DNA of 63,976 nt, counting the filler, from Octopus bimaculoides (taxonomy: Eukaryota), in assembly GCF_001194135.2 (NCBI RefSeq). It is 8 parts of 7 records of this genome, joined end to end, with 100 filler letters (N's around TTAATTAATTAA, not from the genome) between each part and the next. Parts side by side here need not be neighbours in the genome. Positions count along the whole stretch, not along the records: positions 1 to 30,035 come from NC_068982.1; positions 30,136 to 40,556 come from NW_026405049.1; 6 more parts are not named here. One strand, 5' to 3'. The position numbers were made by a program, and so were the translations under genes. Of the stretch, positions 23,946 through 36,930 are shown piece by piece (position 1 is the first letter of the stretch; each line of letters begins with the position of its first letter). The notes beneath the pieces were generated by a model. It did no database searches, was not told the DNA's origin, and was given only the letters and a program-made list of their open reading frames with translations.

Positions 23946-26900
23946 ATGGATCAGCTAACCCACTACTTAAATCAGAACGCTTAACATGTAATCAAGTATT
24001 CCTTGACCGATGGCCAGAGATGCAGGCCTAAAAGACTCTACGTAGCTTTAACGCAACAGACAAGGCAGTGGAGACTCTCTGCAATCAGCTCTCTTAATTG
24101 AAACCATTCTAATGATGAAACTAAATTTGGAATTCGAAATATTTAATTACATTTTTGGGACGGTTAAATCAGCAAGAATTTTCTTTGATTGCCTTATTTT
24201 AAACGAATCGATTTAAAGCATTCTATAAGATTTTTATTTGCATTTCAATTTTATAAATGAATTAGATAACATATTTCTGAGACATACTTTCTTGCAAAGA
24301 TGACAACTTGTCACAATTCTTTTATTCTTTTACTTGTTTCAGTCATTTGACTGCGGCAATGTTGGAGCACCGCCTTTAGATAGTTTTTGTTTTAAATTCT
24401 AATGATCTCATGCAGCAGTTAATCTTGAATTTGTAATTTGTTACTGAAGCGTATTTATATTCAATCTATGCGATTGATTCAACTTGTCTCAGAAACAAAC
24501 TCGTCAGTGGCAGCTTATATCAATGTTGGTGCAAGTGTCTTATGTTATGAATAGGATAACTTTCCTTACTTGACATACTCAGTCAGAATCAGCTTCTTTT
24601 TAAAATCAAATCAAATAGTCATTGACTTTTGTTTCAGTCACGACTGAGAAGTACATTCCATGTATATTAGAGAATGCATACTAATAATAATGAAAATTTG
24701 TCGAGTAAAATAGTGTTCTGGGATGAAAGTTAGTGAACTAGTGTCCATATTGTGTCACAGAATATTATATTCTTAGCCAAAAATGGAAGATTATGCTCTA
24801 TGTTGTTTTATAATATAGCTTTTATATTCAGGACGCAATATGCAGCAGTTTTCTGTCTGAGGCTTAGAATATCAGCAGTAAATCCATTCTTTTTCAATGT
24901 AGAATTTGCATTTCAAAATGTTTCCATATTTATGACATATCTTCAGTTCCTATTCACGGATCTACTCAGTTAGAGTCTATTTAATATGTACCAACTAGTT
25001 TATAATTATTTCTGCAGCCTTTTCTAAAACAATTTTTCACTTCGTGACAAACAACAAATAAAGTTAAAATAAAGTTCTCGTGAAGTGAGGTACTGAATGA
25101 TAAATATTCCGAGTTAAATGTACTTTAATTTCCGCAAAGCAATAACGAGCACTCACAGAAATTTGAAACATATATTTGTATAAACTTCATGAGACTTTAA
25201 CTGGGTACGCATACTTCAGTTAATAGTCAGTTGCTATGGATTTCTCGCATTGGCACAGCACAGCAGTGAGAAGATGTGATATAGTTGCTTGAATTGAATA
25301 ACAGTAGATACTCACTTCTTCGTTAAACCTGGAAGACAAAATTCGGATCGACTCTGTTAAGATTAGAACGTATAGAGTCAGGCACTATATTCATCCATCT
25401 ATCGTTTTCGTCAATGAATATTTCTTTGTTCCAGTTAATTAAATGAAAAGGAAGAAAAGAATATGGACTATTAATAACTGTTTTCCCCCATAATTGGAAC
25501 GATTGTTCAACGATTAAGTCTGTACTTTTTTAAAAAACCAAGATTCTTTGCATAAGCCGATTCATGTATGATAGCATAGTTTCTCTGTTGAAGGTTACGG
25601 CGACAGTATGCTTAAATATATTATCATAAAGAAACTATCATTAAGAATAACAAATTTTTACTAGATGAAAAAAATTGACATATCTATGCACAGCGAAAAA
25701 ATATATTTATAAATTATAATACCGTTGCTGATAAGGTTAAATGGTTATTTAATTTTATAATGGCTTAAATTTGCATATAAAAGAACTTTTACGAAAAGTG
25801 TTTGGTGTAATTAAGATTTTGAAATAAAACATTTATATGTACCTTAAATTTATTCTTATGGCTAAATAGCTTTCTTTCGAATACATTAAGTTCAGTAAAC
25901 GACCGTAAATCTTTCATAATATCGCTACGAAATTTAAAATGGATTATAACATGATGGTTTTTGCAATTAATATGCTATAACAAGGATTCTTCAGTTTTAG
26001 AGAATGTTTTATTTTTTAGCTTTATTATTTGAATAAACATTACATATAATATTTAATAATACAGTTATAAAGAATTGTGATAGTTAAAGTTGAAATTTAC
26101 AAAAAAAAAAACAAAAAAACAACAACAACAAAAAACGGAAGATGAGGACACGTGTATAAACAAGCAGGTGTATTAGTTTGACGTTCGGGAAGGTGAGAAA
26201 GTCTTTTATGTTTCGAGCCTACGCTCTTCAACAGAAAGGAACACGAGGAAATAAACAGAGAAAGAATAAAACAAGTTTTGGAGTTAGCGGTCAATCATGG
26301 CGACTGATATTTAAAGCTTGTTTTGTTTCAGAACACAAACATTGCTTTAACCAGAAATATGATATCTTGACCTGGAAGTGTTAATACTAGTTACTTAATA
26401 AGAAATGACTTATCTATGTTTGCAAAATTTCTATTTTCGTTATCAATTACTGACACAAATGTTTGCTTCTTATGAGACAACTATTTTTAATGGGAAACAG
26501 CATAGAATATTGTATGGATAAAAAAAAAACCAAAACAGAAACTGTGGTTAACAGAGTGTGTGTTTGAACAAGAATGAAAATTAATGAAGCCAAAACAGAA
26601 AGCGCTGGCAAATTAGTACGGTTGACTAAGAAGAGAACAAGCATATAGTGTATCATTACTAGGTGAGGCAAAATGATTTCTAATTTAAATTGTCAATTGT
26701 ATAAAGGAACTATGTTATTTACGCGTTATTTCATAGATAATGCAAATTGGAAGACTAGCAAAAATAAAATTCCACACCCTACTTTCGTGAATTGTATAGA
26801 TTCATTATGGAGATTTTATAGCGGACCTCAAAATGAAAATAATCATTTTAACACTTTGCTGCAGTGGTTTACACAGATATCCCCAAATAAATTCTAACGA

Positions 26901-27052
26901 AGACTCGGGTAGATCATTCGTACATTAGACATTAATTAGGTAATAAAAACCTATCTAAACTAATTGCTAAGGCTGCCAACTGCTTCAAATAATAATAGAA
27001 ATGTAATTAAGAAAGTATATTTTAACGTATTTTAGTATTCAGAGAATACAGC

Positions 27053-27110
27053 ATAATAAAATAATAATAATAATAATAATAACAACAATAATAATAATAA
27101 TAATAATAAT

Positions 27111-27146
<36 letters not shown>

Positions 27147-27192
27147 CAATATAGTATTCACTTAGAATACGCAAGTTTTTCAAAACGATGTG

Positions 27193-27240
<48 letters not shown>
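27053..27240. repeat. (AAT)n and (TA)n microsatellites
   Basis: Direct inspection. Confidence 0.9.
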
Positions 27241-27804
27241 GCAGTTAATCAATACAGAAAACCATTTCTATAGTTAAGCTTTAAATAATTTACGTATTCC
27301 TGTAATATAATCACATTATCTTCTGGAAATTTCACTGAGCATCATTAGGCTATTTTTATGAAAATAGGAAATATACTGAAACAAAGAAAAAAGTAAGCCT
27401 TTAAATACTCCAATATTCAAGTATCTTCTGTAATAATACTTCGTTTTGGTGATTCCTACCGCTATTAACACACAGAAGCTTGGAAACTGTAAAGTTAGAC
27501 GTGTTCCTTCGGGTTGCAAATGCACTCAATACACATACACACACATACAGATAGATCGGAAGGTAAAATTAAACTGGTGGAGATTTTTCTTTTTTATCAA
27601 AGTCGAGAGACCTAGCCAAATAGCACAAAGTAATTTGATTAAAGCAATAACAATTATAATATCCACTGGACGAGTGAGAATCGAATCAACATCTCTGAAA
27701 AGCTGTTGTTTTTAATCAGCTTCTTATGTGCTCGTCTCTCTTACCATGCATTCAACGCTATATTTACAAAATTCTGTCGAGGCCGACTTTGCCTTGCATC
27801 CTTT

Positions 27805-27912
27805 CGGGATCGATTAAATAAGAACCAGATACGCACTGGGATCGATGTAATCGACTTAATCCCTTTGTCTGTCCTTGTTTTCCCCCTCTATGTTTAGCCC
27901 CTTGTAGGTAAT
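27805..27912 (+). mobile_element. 3' part of SINE family A with an alternative tail
   Basis: The core CGACTTTGCCTTGCATCCTTTCGGGATCGAT is followed by ...CCCCTCTATGTTTAGCCCCTTGTAGGTAATA instead of the usual tail. Confidence 0.65.
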
Positions 27913-27920
27913 ATATATAT

Positions 27921-27955
<35 letters not shown>

Positions 27956-28374
27956 NNNNNNNNNNNNNNNNNNNNNNNNNNNNNNNNNNNNNNNNNNNNN
28001 NNNNNNNNNNNNNNNNNNNNNNNNNNNNNNNNNNNNNNNNNNNNNNNNNNNNNNNNNNNNNNNNNNNNNNNNNNNNNNNNNNNNNNNNNNNNNNNNNNNN
28101 NNNNNNNNNNNNNNNNNNNNNNNNNNNNNNNNNNNNNNNNNNNNNNNNNNNNNNNNNNNNNNNNNNNNNNNNNNNNNNNNNNNNNNNNNNNNNNNNNNNN
28201 NNNNNNNNNNNNNNNNNNNNNNNNNNNNNNNNNNNNNNNNNNNNNNNNNNNNNNNNNNNNNNNNNNNNNNNNNNNNNNNNNNNNNNNNNNNNNNNNNNNN
28301 NNNNNNNNNNNNNNNNNNNNNNNNNNNNNNNNNNNNNNNNNNNNNNTGTGTGAGTATGTGTATATATATGTCTT

Positions 28375-28552
28375 TCTGTCTTTGTTTCTCTCCTATTGTA
28401 TGACAACTGATGTTGATTTGTTTACCCCCCCCCCTCTAACATTAGTAACTTGGTAAAATAAGCTGATGGAATATGGTTTCGATTTGTTTGACTAAAACCT
28501 TTAAAGACCGTGCCCCAGCATGGCCGCAGTTCATTGACTAAAACACGTAAAG
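28375..28552 (+). mobile_element. 3' half of SINE family B
   Basis: TGCCCCAGCATGGCCGCAGTTCATTGACTAAAACACGTAAAAGA. Confidence 0.6.
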
Positions 28553-29174
28553 ACTATAGAAAAATATGCTAGTTGCAGCTTTACTCGGAATTCATTTGTA
28601 GTAGCTCCGCTGATTCTGTCATTTGTGATACGTGACTGGTCTGTCGAGGAAATCCACTCCACAGATATCAGAATTCTCATGATCAACTAGAAAATTCGCT
28701 AGAAACAGTGACATCAACAGGCTCCATCTCAGAAGACATGGAGGAGGTGACGGCTTGAGGTCAGCATAGACAGCATTCGAATATAGTGTGGAATATCTCT
28801 CTGACAGCGCCTGCCAAACAACAACAGCGATATAATAAATAAAACCCGAGTTGAAAAGCGAAGAGAACAATATTCAAGTTCGGCAGTGAGCTCCTTAGGA
28901 AGTTCTGCTTTCCTGACGACATCCTATACGGCCCCAAAATAGCATGACTAACACAATTCAAAGAAGAGCCAATTGTGAAACACTTAGCGTGCCAAAATAA
29001 CTGAATACATGCTTATGTTTCACGAAGACTTAAATATGACAGTAATATCAACATGATGTGCAACATTTCTAAGACTTATGACCACTACATCACATCAACT
29101 TCAAACGCTATGCGTTTGCAACTCAAGAGCAGGCAATTCAGCAAAATACCTGATGAACAAAGAGACAGTGAGCC

Positions 29175-29475
29175 CTACGATGAAAGGCAAAGTCGACCGC
29201 GACGGGATTTGAACTCAGAACGTAACGTCAGACGAAATACCGCTAAGCATTTCGCCCGGCGTGCTAACGATTCTGCCAGCTCACCGCCCCACGTAAACAT
29301 TGGTTTCAAATTTTGGCACAAGATGAGCAATCTCGGGGGAAGGGTAAGACGGTTACATGGGCCCCAAAAAGGATAAAAGGCTAAGTCGACCTTGGCGGAG
29401 CTGGAATTCAGATCATAAAGACGGAAGAAATACTGCTAAGTATTTTGTACGGCATGCTAATGATTCTGCAAGTAT
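29175..29475 (-). mobile_element. Two adjacent SINE family A copies
   Basis: Reverse-complement head and core motifs occur twice. Confidence 0.7.
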
Positions 29476-29998
29476 GCGTCCTTAATACTTACTTAAATAG
29501 CAACAGAAAAATAATATTGGTGCAATACAGCACCCCTGAAAGAGCTACTAAGTAGAATCATAACGAGATGGATATCGTTGTTTGGGATAAATAAGATGTG
29601 AATATCTCTTCGAAAATCAAAGAAACGTTCATTACAGGCAGCTGCGTCGAAACATTGAACTTCCATAGCTAGATTATAAATTTACATTTATATCAAAAGA
29701 AATGGTGCAGTTCGTTATCTTTCTAAATCTCTAAATGGCAATTTGTAACAGCTAAGGTTTTCAGAAAAGAAAATCAATCAGCTAACATGCACATTACAAA
29801 TACAATCTGTTAACGCAACAGTAATAATATCCAGACTTTTCTCACGCTTAATACCCGACATTGTTCTTGTTATTTACATAACAACAATGGCGCTTTGTAT
29901 CCTTATTAAAAACCAGCTCTTTTCTTACAGGAAGAAGTCAGATAATTAAAAACAGAAGATAACATAAATAAATACACACACGCACGAATTCATATATA

Positions 29999-30035
<37 letters not shown>

Positions 30036-30079
30036 NNNNNNNNNNNNNNNNNNNNNNNNNNNNNNNNNNNNNNNNNNNN

Positions 30080-30091
30080 TTAATTAATTAA
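30080..30091. other. Artificial scaffold linker TTAATTAATTAA inside a 100-bp gap (also at 40601, 42371, 43809, 56287, 60317, 61827)
   Basis: An identical 12-mer flanked by exactly 44 N on each side occurs seven times. Confidence 0.95.
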
Positions 30092-30194
30092 NNNNNNNNN
30101 NNNNNNNNNNNNNNNNNNNNNNNNNNNNNNNNNNNTTAGGTGTGTGTACGTGAGAGTGTGCGTATATCTCTTTGTCTGAGTATATCTCTTTGTC

Positions 30195-32720
30195 TGTGGG
30201 CAAGTACAATCTTTGTAGATCCAGAAGGTGGGCTGGTCGTTCTCAACTTGAAGTACAGAAATAAGGCTTTTAGGTTGGTGGGCGTTTATGCACCAACTTA
30301 TAAAAACAAACAGATTGATTTCTATTGATGCCTAGAAAATTTTCTGGTGACATTGAAGACAGTAGTGTTAGGAGATTTTAATGCAATCCGGGATTCATAG
30401 GAAGAAAAACGTACGTTTCATCAATCTGCTTAAGCGGTTTCAGCTGGCAGATCATTACAGACTTGATCACCCGAGCGTTCCAGTGTGGACCTGAAGTAAC
30501 GGCGACTGGTTGTTCAGATCTTATATAGATAGTCTAGTTTTAATTATCCACGGTTTGTTCTGGTTTCTTACACGGATCACAAACTAGTGACATGTAGGAT
30601 GAACATAAATAGAGTACTTAGACAGGGCTGAGTGCTGTGAAGGACTGATCACAGCTAAGGAAGTCATGGAGGTACTATCCGAGTGCCCCAGGAGAAGTTG
30701 TTGGGACTTGATGGTCTGTCCTATAAGTTTTTCAAAAGTATACCAGACTTGTTCGGGTACCTATTGTCCAGCGTCTATGCCAACAGGCAGCAGAATGAGA
30801 GAATTCCCAAGGCTGCAAGCCAAGGGTAGTGACACTGATCAGAAAGGACAAGGGGAACATTATCAGTAGCTTGAGGCTCATAACTCTGTTATACACAGAG
30901 TTAAAGATTTTAGCCAAGGTACTAGCAAAGAGGTTGGTGGGGGTCGTGGGTAGCCTTGTTGGGGAGGCACAAATGTGCGCCATCCCCGTCAGGATGATAC
31001 ACGACACTCTCCATCTCATATAAGGGTGGGTAAAATTTCCTTAGAGCGGGTGGGTAAAATTTTTGGCAAAGGTGGGGCACTGGTACATTTAAACCAGTCT
31101 AAAGCATTCGATAGGATCGACCATGAGTACCTGGCAGTGGCTTTTGGAGCAGCTGGGCTGGGCCCGATTTTCTGTGGCTGGATCGCTGCTCTATCATCCG
31201 AGTGAATGTTTCCTTTTCGAAACTGTTCGACATTAAACAATCTGTTTACCAGTGGTGTCCCCTGTCTCTGCTTTTGTATGTGTTGGCTCTTGAACCAATA
31301 CTGCGAAGGGTGGAGGCTTTAGGGGGCATTTCGTGTGATCTAAACTATGGAAGAACAGCGACAGCAAGGATAAGTTAGTTGGCTTTAACTCGGCACCTGG
31401 AGATGCAAGTCGATGCCGCCCAATAACATCGTGGAATGTTGGACGGAAGGTTTGGTACGGATCTCCAGGTAGAGAAGAATTGGAGTGAGGTCACAAGCAA
31501 GATAACTGTCCTAGCCCAGATTTGGTCTGGAAGGACGCTATCGCTGCTAGGAAGGGCGGAGGTGGCACAGATGTACATAGCATCTGTTATCACCTACACC
31601 TGACTGTCATGCCTTGCCCCGATTCGTGGCTGAACAAGCTGGAGCATCTCCTCTTCTGCTTTTTATGGAGAGGGGTACCACTTGTAAGCCATTCTATCTG
31701 CTTCCAAAAGATATTAAAGGGTGGGCTAGGGATGCTGTGGCTGAAGATGCACAAGTTTGTGCAAAGGCTTAGGCACTTGTGGCTCTACCTGGATGGTGTG
31801 CAGGTGTGGTCACCGCTCGTGAAGTCTTTCTTGCCACAACTAACCACCCTTCGGAAATTAGGTCCTTGGATCAAGCAGAGACCCAGACTGAGTGACTAGC
31901 AACTAGAATTCAGACAGGCACTCACGCTACTCTCTCGGGCAGGCAATATCGGCAACTGGAATTCCACCGTGGACTTCTGTAGTGGATTGGTAGAGTTCAT
32001 GTCAGACAATGTCCTGGAGTAGACTCTGGGCTTCGATAGAAAGTCCTTAACTAGCTCCCTTTCTACTCTAGTCCTATCTGAACTTAGCTAAATCTAATCG
32101 ATTCAAGTCAAATGGCTCGTTTGAGGGCAATCCACCACCTGTTATTCAACACAGTGCTGGTTAATGCCCTCATGACTAACTCCTTAATCCGACCACAGTA
32201 TGCCCCACAAGACAAAACCTGTTCAAAAGAATTTTTGGGTCAGGGTATTTAGATAATTACCAGAAATCCCTGACCTGGTTGTGTTATCGATCCACCTAAC
32301 CTGTTCAAGAGAGGTTGTCAAGGCACGGTTGTGCCATCCCACGGACCTGTTTGAGGTGCGGGCGGGACAGTGACACTGTCCTGCATGCCTTAGTACAGTG
32401 TACAGAAATTAGGGAATTGATAACCTACATCGAGCAGTTGTTATCAACGACAGAAAGAGTAGTTATCAGCTGAATCTATTATTAAGATTGTACCGCCCTC
32501 CTTCATGAACAGGGAAAGGAGGGCTTGTTTTCTCTACGTAGTGGCCATGCTCAAAGAGACAGTATGGAGAACACGTGTGAAAGGGATCGCGACAGGTACC
32601 TTCATCTCTGGCCGGGGGCTGGTTGGTTATTTTAACTAGCACTTCCAAAGTAAAATCTGGCTGTCGCATAGAATATTGAGAATGAATGAAGATGGTTAAG
32701 TGCAACCATCCAGTGATAAA
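30195..32720 (+). mobile_element. Degenerate L1/Tx1-clade LINE ORF2 (APE endonuclease, RT, C-terminal zinc finger)
   Basis: APE: DPEGGLVVL..FRLVGVYAPT and VVLGDFNAI. RT: RLITLLYTELKILAKVLAKRL, NQSKAFDRIDHEYL, CPLSLLLYVLALEP. C-terminus: TCLRCGRDSDTVLHALVQC and VAMLKETVWRTRVKG. Many stops and frameshifts; apparent insert at ~32050-32215. Confidence 0.85.
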
Positions 32721-33176
32721 AGGGGATACGTCGGATAATGGCGGTGAGTTAATTAACCCAGTAATGTAAATAATAGGAATTTTAAATTCTTTATTGACTT
32801 CTTATGGAATTGAAAAAATATATTCATTCGATTTCATTATACTGTTATTTTCATTGTAATCCTTTTGTAGGCACAGTTACACCTCTTGACAGTGATTAAA
32901 AACAAGCCTGCTAGATGCCGTGAAAATGTGAGATCCTGACACATGACCTCATCTTTTTCTCTTTTCTCCACTACTGACACGCAAGCTGTGAGGAAGTAAC
33001 TAGACTGGCTCTGTCTTATACCACAGTCCAATTTGCAGACAGGGGCAAGGCCCAGAAGACCATGGTCTCAGTACGCCAACCATTCTATTTATCGTTTCAT
33101 TGTGAATATACATGTACTCACAATAAACGTGTTTAAAGTTATAACCTTGCTTGTATATAGTTCTATATTTAAGAGA

Positions 33177-33243
33177 TGCCCACGGGCATATGGCGTATTG
33201 GTTAAGAGCGCGGGCTACTAACCCCAAGATTCCGAGTTCAATT

Positions 33244-33320
<77 letters not shown>

Positions 33321-33470
33321 TCGAAAAATACCTTAGGAATGAGAACCCAGGTTTGAAATTTCCCCAAGACACCTGATGAAGGCTGGAGGGTATATCAGCC
33401 GAAACGTTGTGTTACCAACAACTAAGATGAGGACAAATATCCGTTAAATGTAAATAATGTAAATAATGTA
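33177..33470 (+). mobile_element. tRNA-headed SINE family D (best copy)
   Basis: A box TGGCGTATTGGTTAAGAGC and B box GAGTTCAATTCC, internal (AAT)/(AAC)n, HHR-like motif, (GTAAATAAT)n tail. Confidence 0.85.
33368..33413 (+). ncRNA. Minimal type-I hammerhead ribozyme motif (Penelope-type variant)
   Basis: GACAC-CUGAUGA-A-GGCUG(loop)CAGCC-GAA-ACGU-U-GUGUU. Stem I is GACAC/GUGUU, stem II is 5 bp, stem III is the palindrome ACGU, and there is an extra A after A9. Confidence 0.6.
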
Positions 33471-33564
33471 CTTGCTTGTATATGTTCTTCATCCGGATTT
33501 ACTACTAAACGAGATTACAGCCTTCTGAGAGTCATATTAGGTGAATCAACAACGACCTACTCCA

Positions 33565-35995
33565 TCTAAAATGGTGACCCCCGACGTGAACACAGACTTC
33601 TAAAATGGTGACCCAACATGGATAACTATCCAACTATAATGGTGACCCAAAGCGGAACAGAACTATACTTCTAAAATGGTGAACACCGGACGAATACAGA
33701 CCAGTGAATGCGTATTCTTCACGACTTCGGCTATGCAACCAGACCACTCATCATATAGGAACATACTACCACTGATGTCTCTCATCGACATATTGTCTTC
33801 TTCACCAGGAACAATTGGCGCCATTTTCAAGCGGGAAACTGCAAACCATTTCCCCTCGGGTTGTAACCCAAATTACAACTTGGTTCTTTGCAGACACAGC
33901 ATCCCAGGAGAATTTTCTTCTTGCTAGTAAAAAGGAAAAAAAATTATCTGGAATATTCTCCAGAATTGACACGGACAACAAATTTTTCCTACAAGCAAGG
34001 TATGAGTTTCTTTCTCTCAGCCACCCGGATTATCTACGCGTTGGCCATGTTTTGTTCCTTATCCATTTAGCAAGGGCTTCTATTTTCATGCTCTACCACA
34101 AAAAAAGTTCCTAGTTTGCTGCTCGGTGTGTCATCTTTCAATTAGGGTGTTTGACTGCTATTTCTAACGGCGTTTTCTTCCACCAGCTTGTTCTTCGTGC
34201 CGTTCTGCTTTCCTATTATCGTCTAAGATGAGTCCTCATCCTTTGCCCCAATTACCTTCGTCGGTTTCCCCTCGAGCTTGTATTTCTTCTGCTCCAGACA
34301 ACATACAATCCTCTCAAATCTTGCGGGCTATCACAGAACTGCCCCATCAAGTCACACGCATGTGCAGGAACCGTTCGTCTTCAAGGGATCATTCCACAGG
34401 GATGACCAGGCACCACTCCTCGTGCACACGTGGTCTTCCTGCTCCCACAGAAAGTTCAAGGACCAGGCCGAGAAATGTACACAGCCCTGCTCCTACTCTT
34501 CTCAGGTAAACTAGACAGGGAGACATTGGGTACGTCAATCGTCTCCCCCATCGATTCATCCTATCGTGCGTTCTTCATCAGAGATACCAATTCTTCAAAG
34601 TCCTTTATGGTGGATACGGGTGCCAGCTTAAGTATTTGGTCTCGACGATTTACCTCCACCAATCCTGGTCTTTCGGACATCTCTCTCTATGCGGTGAATC
34701 ATTCCGCTATCAAAACCTATGGACAAATCTCCCTCACCCTGAATTTGTCACTCCGCAGGGATTTCAAATGGATCTTTGTCATCGAGGACCTGCCCTATCC
34801 TATTCTTGGTACTGATTTCTTACACTACTATTCTCTCACTGTGGACGTTAGAGGACGCCGACTCATTGATGATACTTCACTCGCCGTCCCCGGAAAGGAT
34901 TTTTCTGTTCCTGTTGTGAGCCCTTCTTTCTTCGTGGCTGCTTCGGATGAGTCCTACCAACAGTTACTAGGTTTCCTTTCCAGAGTTGACTGATTTGTCT
35001 TTTCATCCGTCGAATCCAGCCAATTCTACGAGACATTTCATCATGACCAAGGGACCTTCAGTCTTTTCCCGACCACGTCGTTTGTCTCCAGAGAAATTCC
35101 GGATCGTTCAGGCTGAATTTGAACACATGCTCCAGCTGGGCCTCATTCATCCCTCCACGAGCCCGTGGGCAGCATCTCTACACATGGCCAGTAAGAATGA
35201 CGTTGATTTCCAACAGGTTGGAGATTTTAGACATCTTAACACTATCACTGGTGCAGATCGCTGTCCCCTCCTTAATGTTCAGGACCTTTTGTCTGCCCTG
35301 CATGGCTGTAAGATTTTTTCTAAGATCGACTTGGTACGCGCGTACCATCAAATCCCCGTCAACCCCGACAACATTCTAAAGACAGCTGTCACTACGCCTT
35401 TTGGAGCATTTGAATTCTTGTCTATGCCGTTTGGACTCCCAAAGGTTCATGGATGAGGTCGTTCGTGGGTTAGATTTTGTCTTCGCATATGTCGATGACC
35501 TTTTAATCGTCAGTGATACTCCAGACCAGCACTTCCAACACTTGACCCAGCTGTTCAAGCGACTACGTGCCTATGATGTGAAGATTAACCCGGCTAAGTG
35601 TGTCTTCGGTCCTACCAGTTTGGAATTCTTGGGACATCTCATTGACGCCGACGGTATTCGTCCGCTTCCCTCTAAAGTGGAAGCCATCAAATGCTTGTCT
35701 CCTCCCAATTCTTTAAAACAACTCAGAAATTTTATTGGTTTAATTAATTATCATCGTCGCTTCATTCCTAAATGTGCGGAGAAGTTGCTTCCCTTGACCC
35801 ACCACTTGAAAGATCAGCAAAACCATCCAAGCTTTTGAATCTGTTAAAGCTGACCTTGTTCAAACATCCTTCCTCGATCATCCTGTTCTGGAAGCAAAAT
35901 TATCACTTACAGTTGATGCGTCATCATCTGCTATAGGCGCAGTTTTAGAGCAATCCGTCAACAGCCGAAGCCAGCCATTAGCTTCTTTTCTCGCG
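33565..35995 (+). mobile_element. Decayed Ty3/Gypsy LTR retrotransposon, CsRn1/Kabuki-like (gag remnant, protease, RT, start of RNase H)
   Basis: Gag knuckle remnant SHRKFKDQAEKCTQPCSY; protease FMVDTGAS..PILGTDFL; RT FSKIDLVRAYHQIPV, TPFGAFEFLSMPFGL, FAYVDDLLIVS; RNase H start LTVDASSSAIGAVLEQ..QPLA. Frameshifted and truncated; no LTR pair found. Confidence 0.9.
33572..33589 (+). promoter_or_regulatory. Primer-binding site complementary to the tRNA-Trp 3' end
   Basis: TGGTGACCCCCGACGTGA versus the expected TGGTGACCCCGACGTGA (one extra C); it lies just upstream of gag. Confidence 0.7.
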
Positions 35996-36930
35996 CCAGC
36001 TGATTGACTATACGGGTGACTAGACTATAGCCGACACCTCTAGATATTTTAAGCATCTCTGTAGTGATTCTCGATGGGCCGGGGGCTTTCCCTGTCCTCA
36101 TACCCTTAATTGCTTCATCTACCAGGGTACTGTCAATTCGGATACCTGGTCTCTCTGTTGGGGCGATATTCGGTCCCTCTGGTCCCTCTGTTGAGGCGAT
36201 GTCTTCCTTCCTTTCATTCTCTTCATTTAACAACCTTTCATAGTGGCGTCTTCAAGTTCCTCTCTTTGCAGCCTCATTAAATGCAAGTGAGCCATCATCT
36301 ATGTGGACGCATTTCTCTCCTATGACATTGCGATTCTCTCTCACACACGACGCAGAACATTGGCAATTTTTTTCTTCTCTGCTTCCCCTCTGGCTAAGTA
36401 AACCTGTCTCCTAGCTTCCTTTCTGGCAATCTGATACAATTCCCTGCTATCACCATTCTTCCAGTCTTATGTCTGTTTCTTTTCCATAATGGCCCTGTCA
36501 ACTACATTGTTCCACCACCACGTTACCTTGGGTGGAGAGGAGGACTTTGCACCATCCACATATCTGGTCAGTAGTCCTCAACAGGTTGTCCCGTAGAAAC
36601 CTCCAGTTGTCTTCCACATCATGTGATACTACATCCCACTCTATTTTGTCAAACCTCGATTACCTTATTAACCCATTTCTCCGCAAGAAGTATACCCACG
36701 TCCCCGACCCCATCAGTGTTCCCTACCCAGAAAATCTTATACCTATGTTCTTTGCCTGTAAGGAACCTAGCAGAACTTCCTCTCCATCTTACTTCTTGGA
36801 TGCAGCTCAAATCTACACGTCTCGTTGAAGCATTTCAACAATCTCACCAGACCTACCTTTCAGTGTGCCAGCATTAAGTGTGCCAACCCTGAGGGTGTGG
36901 GAAGTGTGGGCCTGTGAGACCCTGGGATGG
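35996..36930 (-). mobile_element. RTE-clade LINE fragment (endonuclease N-terminus and pre-RT region)
   Basis: VDEAIKGMRTGKAPGPSRITTEMLK; the 5' part resembles RVGTLNxGTL..EIVEML.RR of RTE endonucleases. Confidence 0.8.

Noticed and set aside
33565-33700. CRISPR array interpretation of the repeat-spacer pattern
   Set aside because: Eukaryotic context, no cas genes, the repeat is only ~14 bp, and the first unit is a tRNA-Trp PBS of a Gypsy element.
34430-35838. Gypsy protease/RT ORFs as an active element
   Set aside because: Multiple frameshifts, missing conserved segments, no integrase and no LTR pair.
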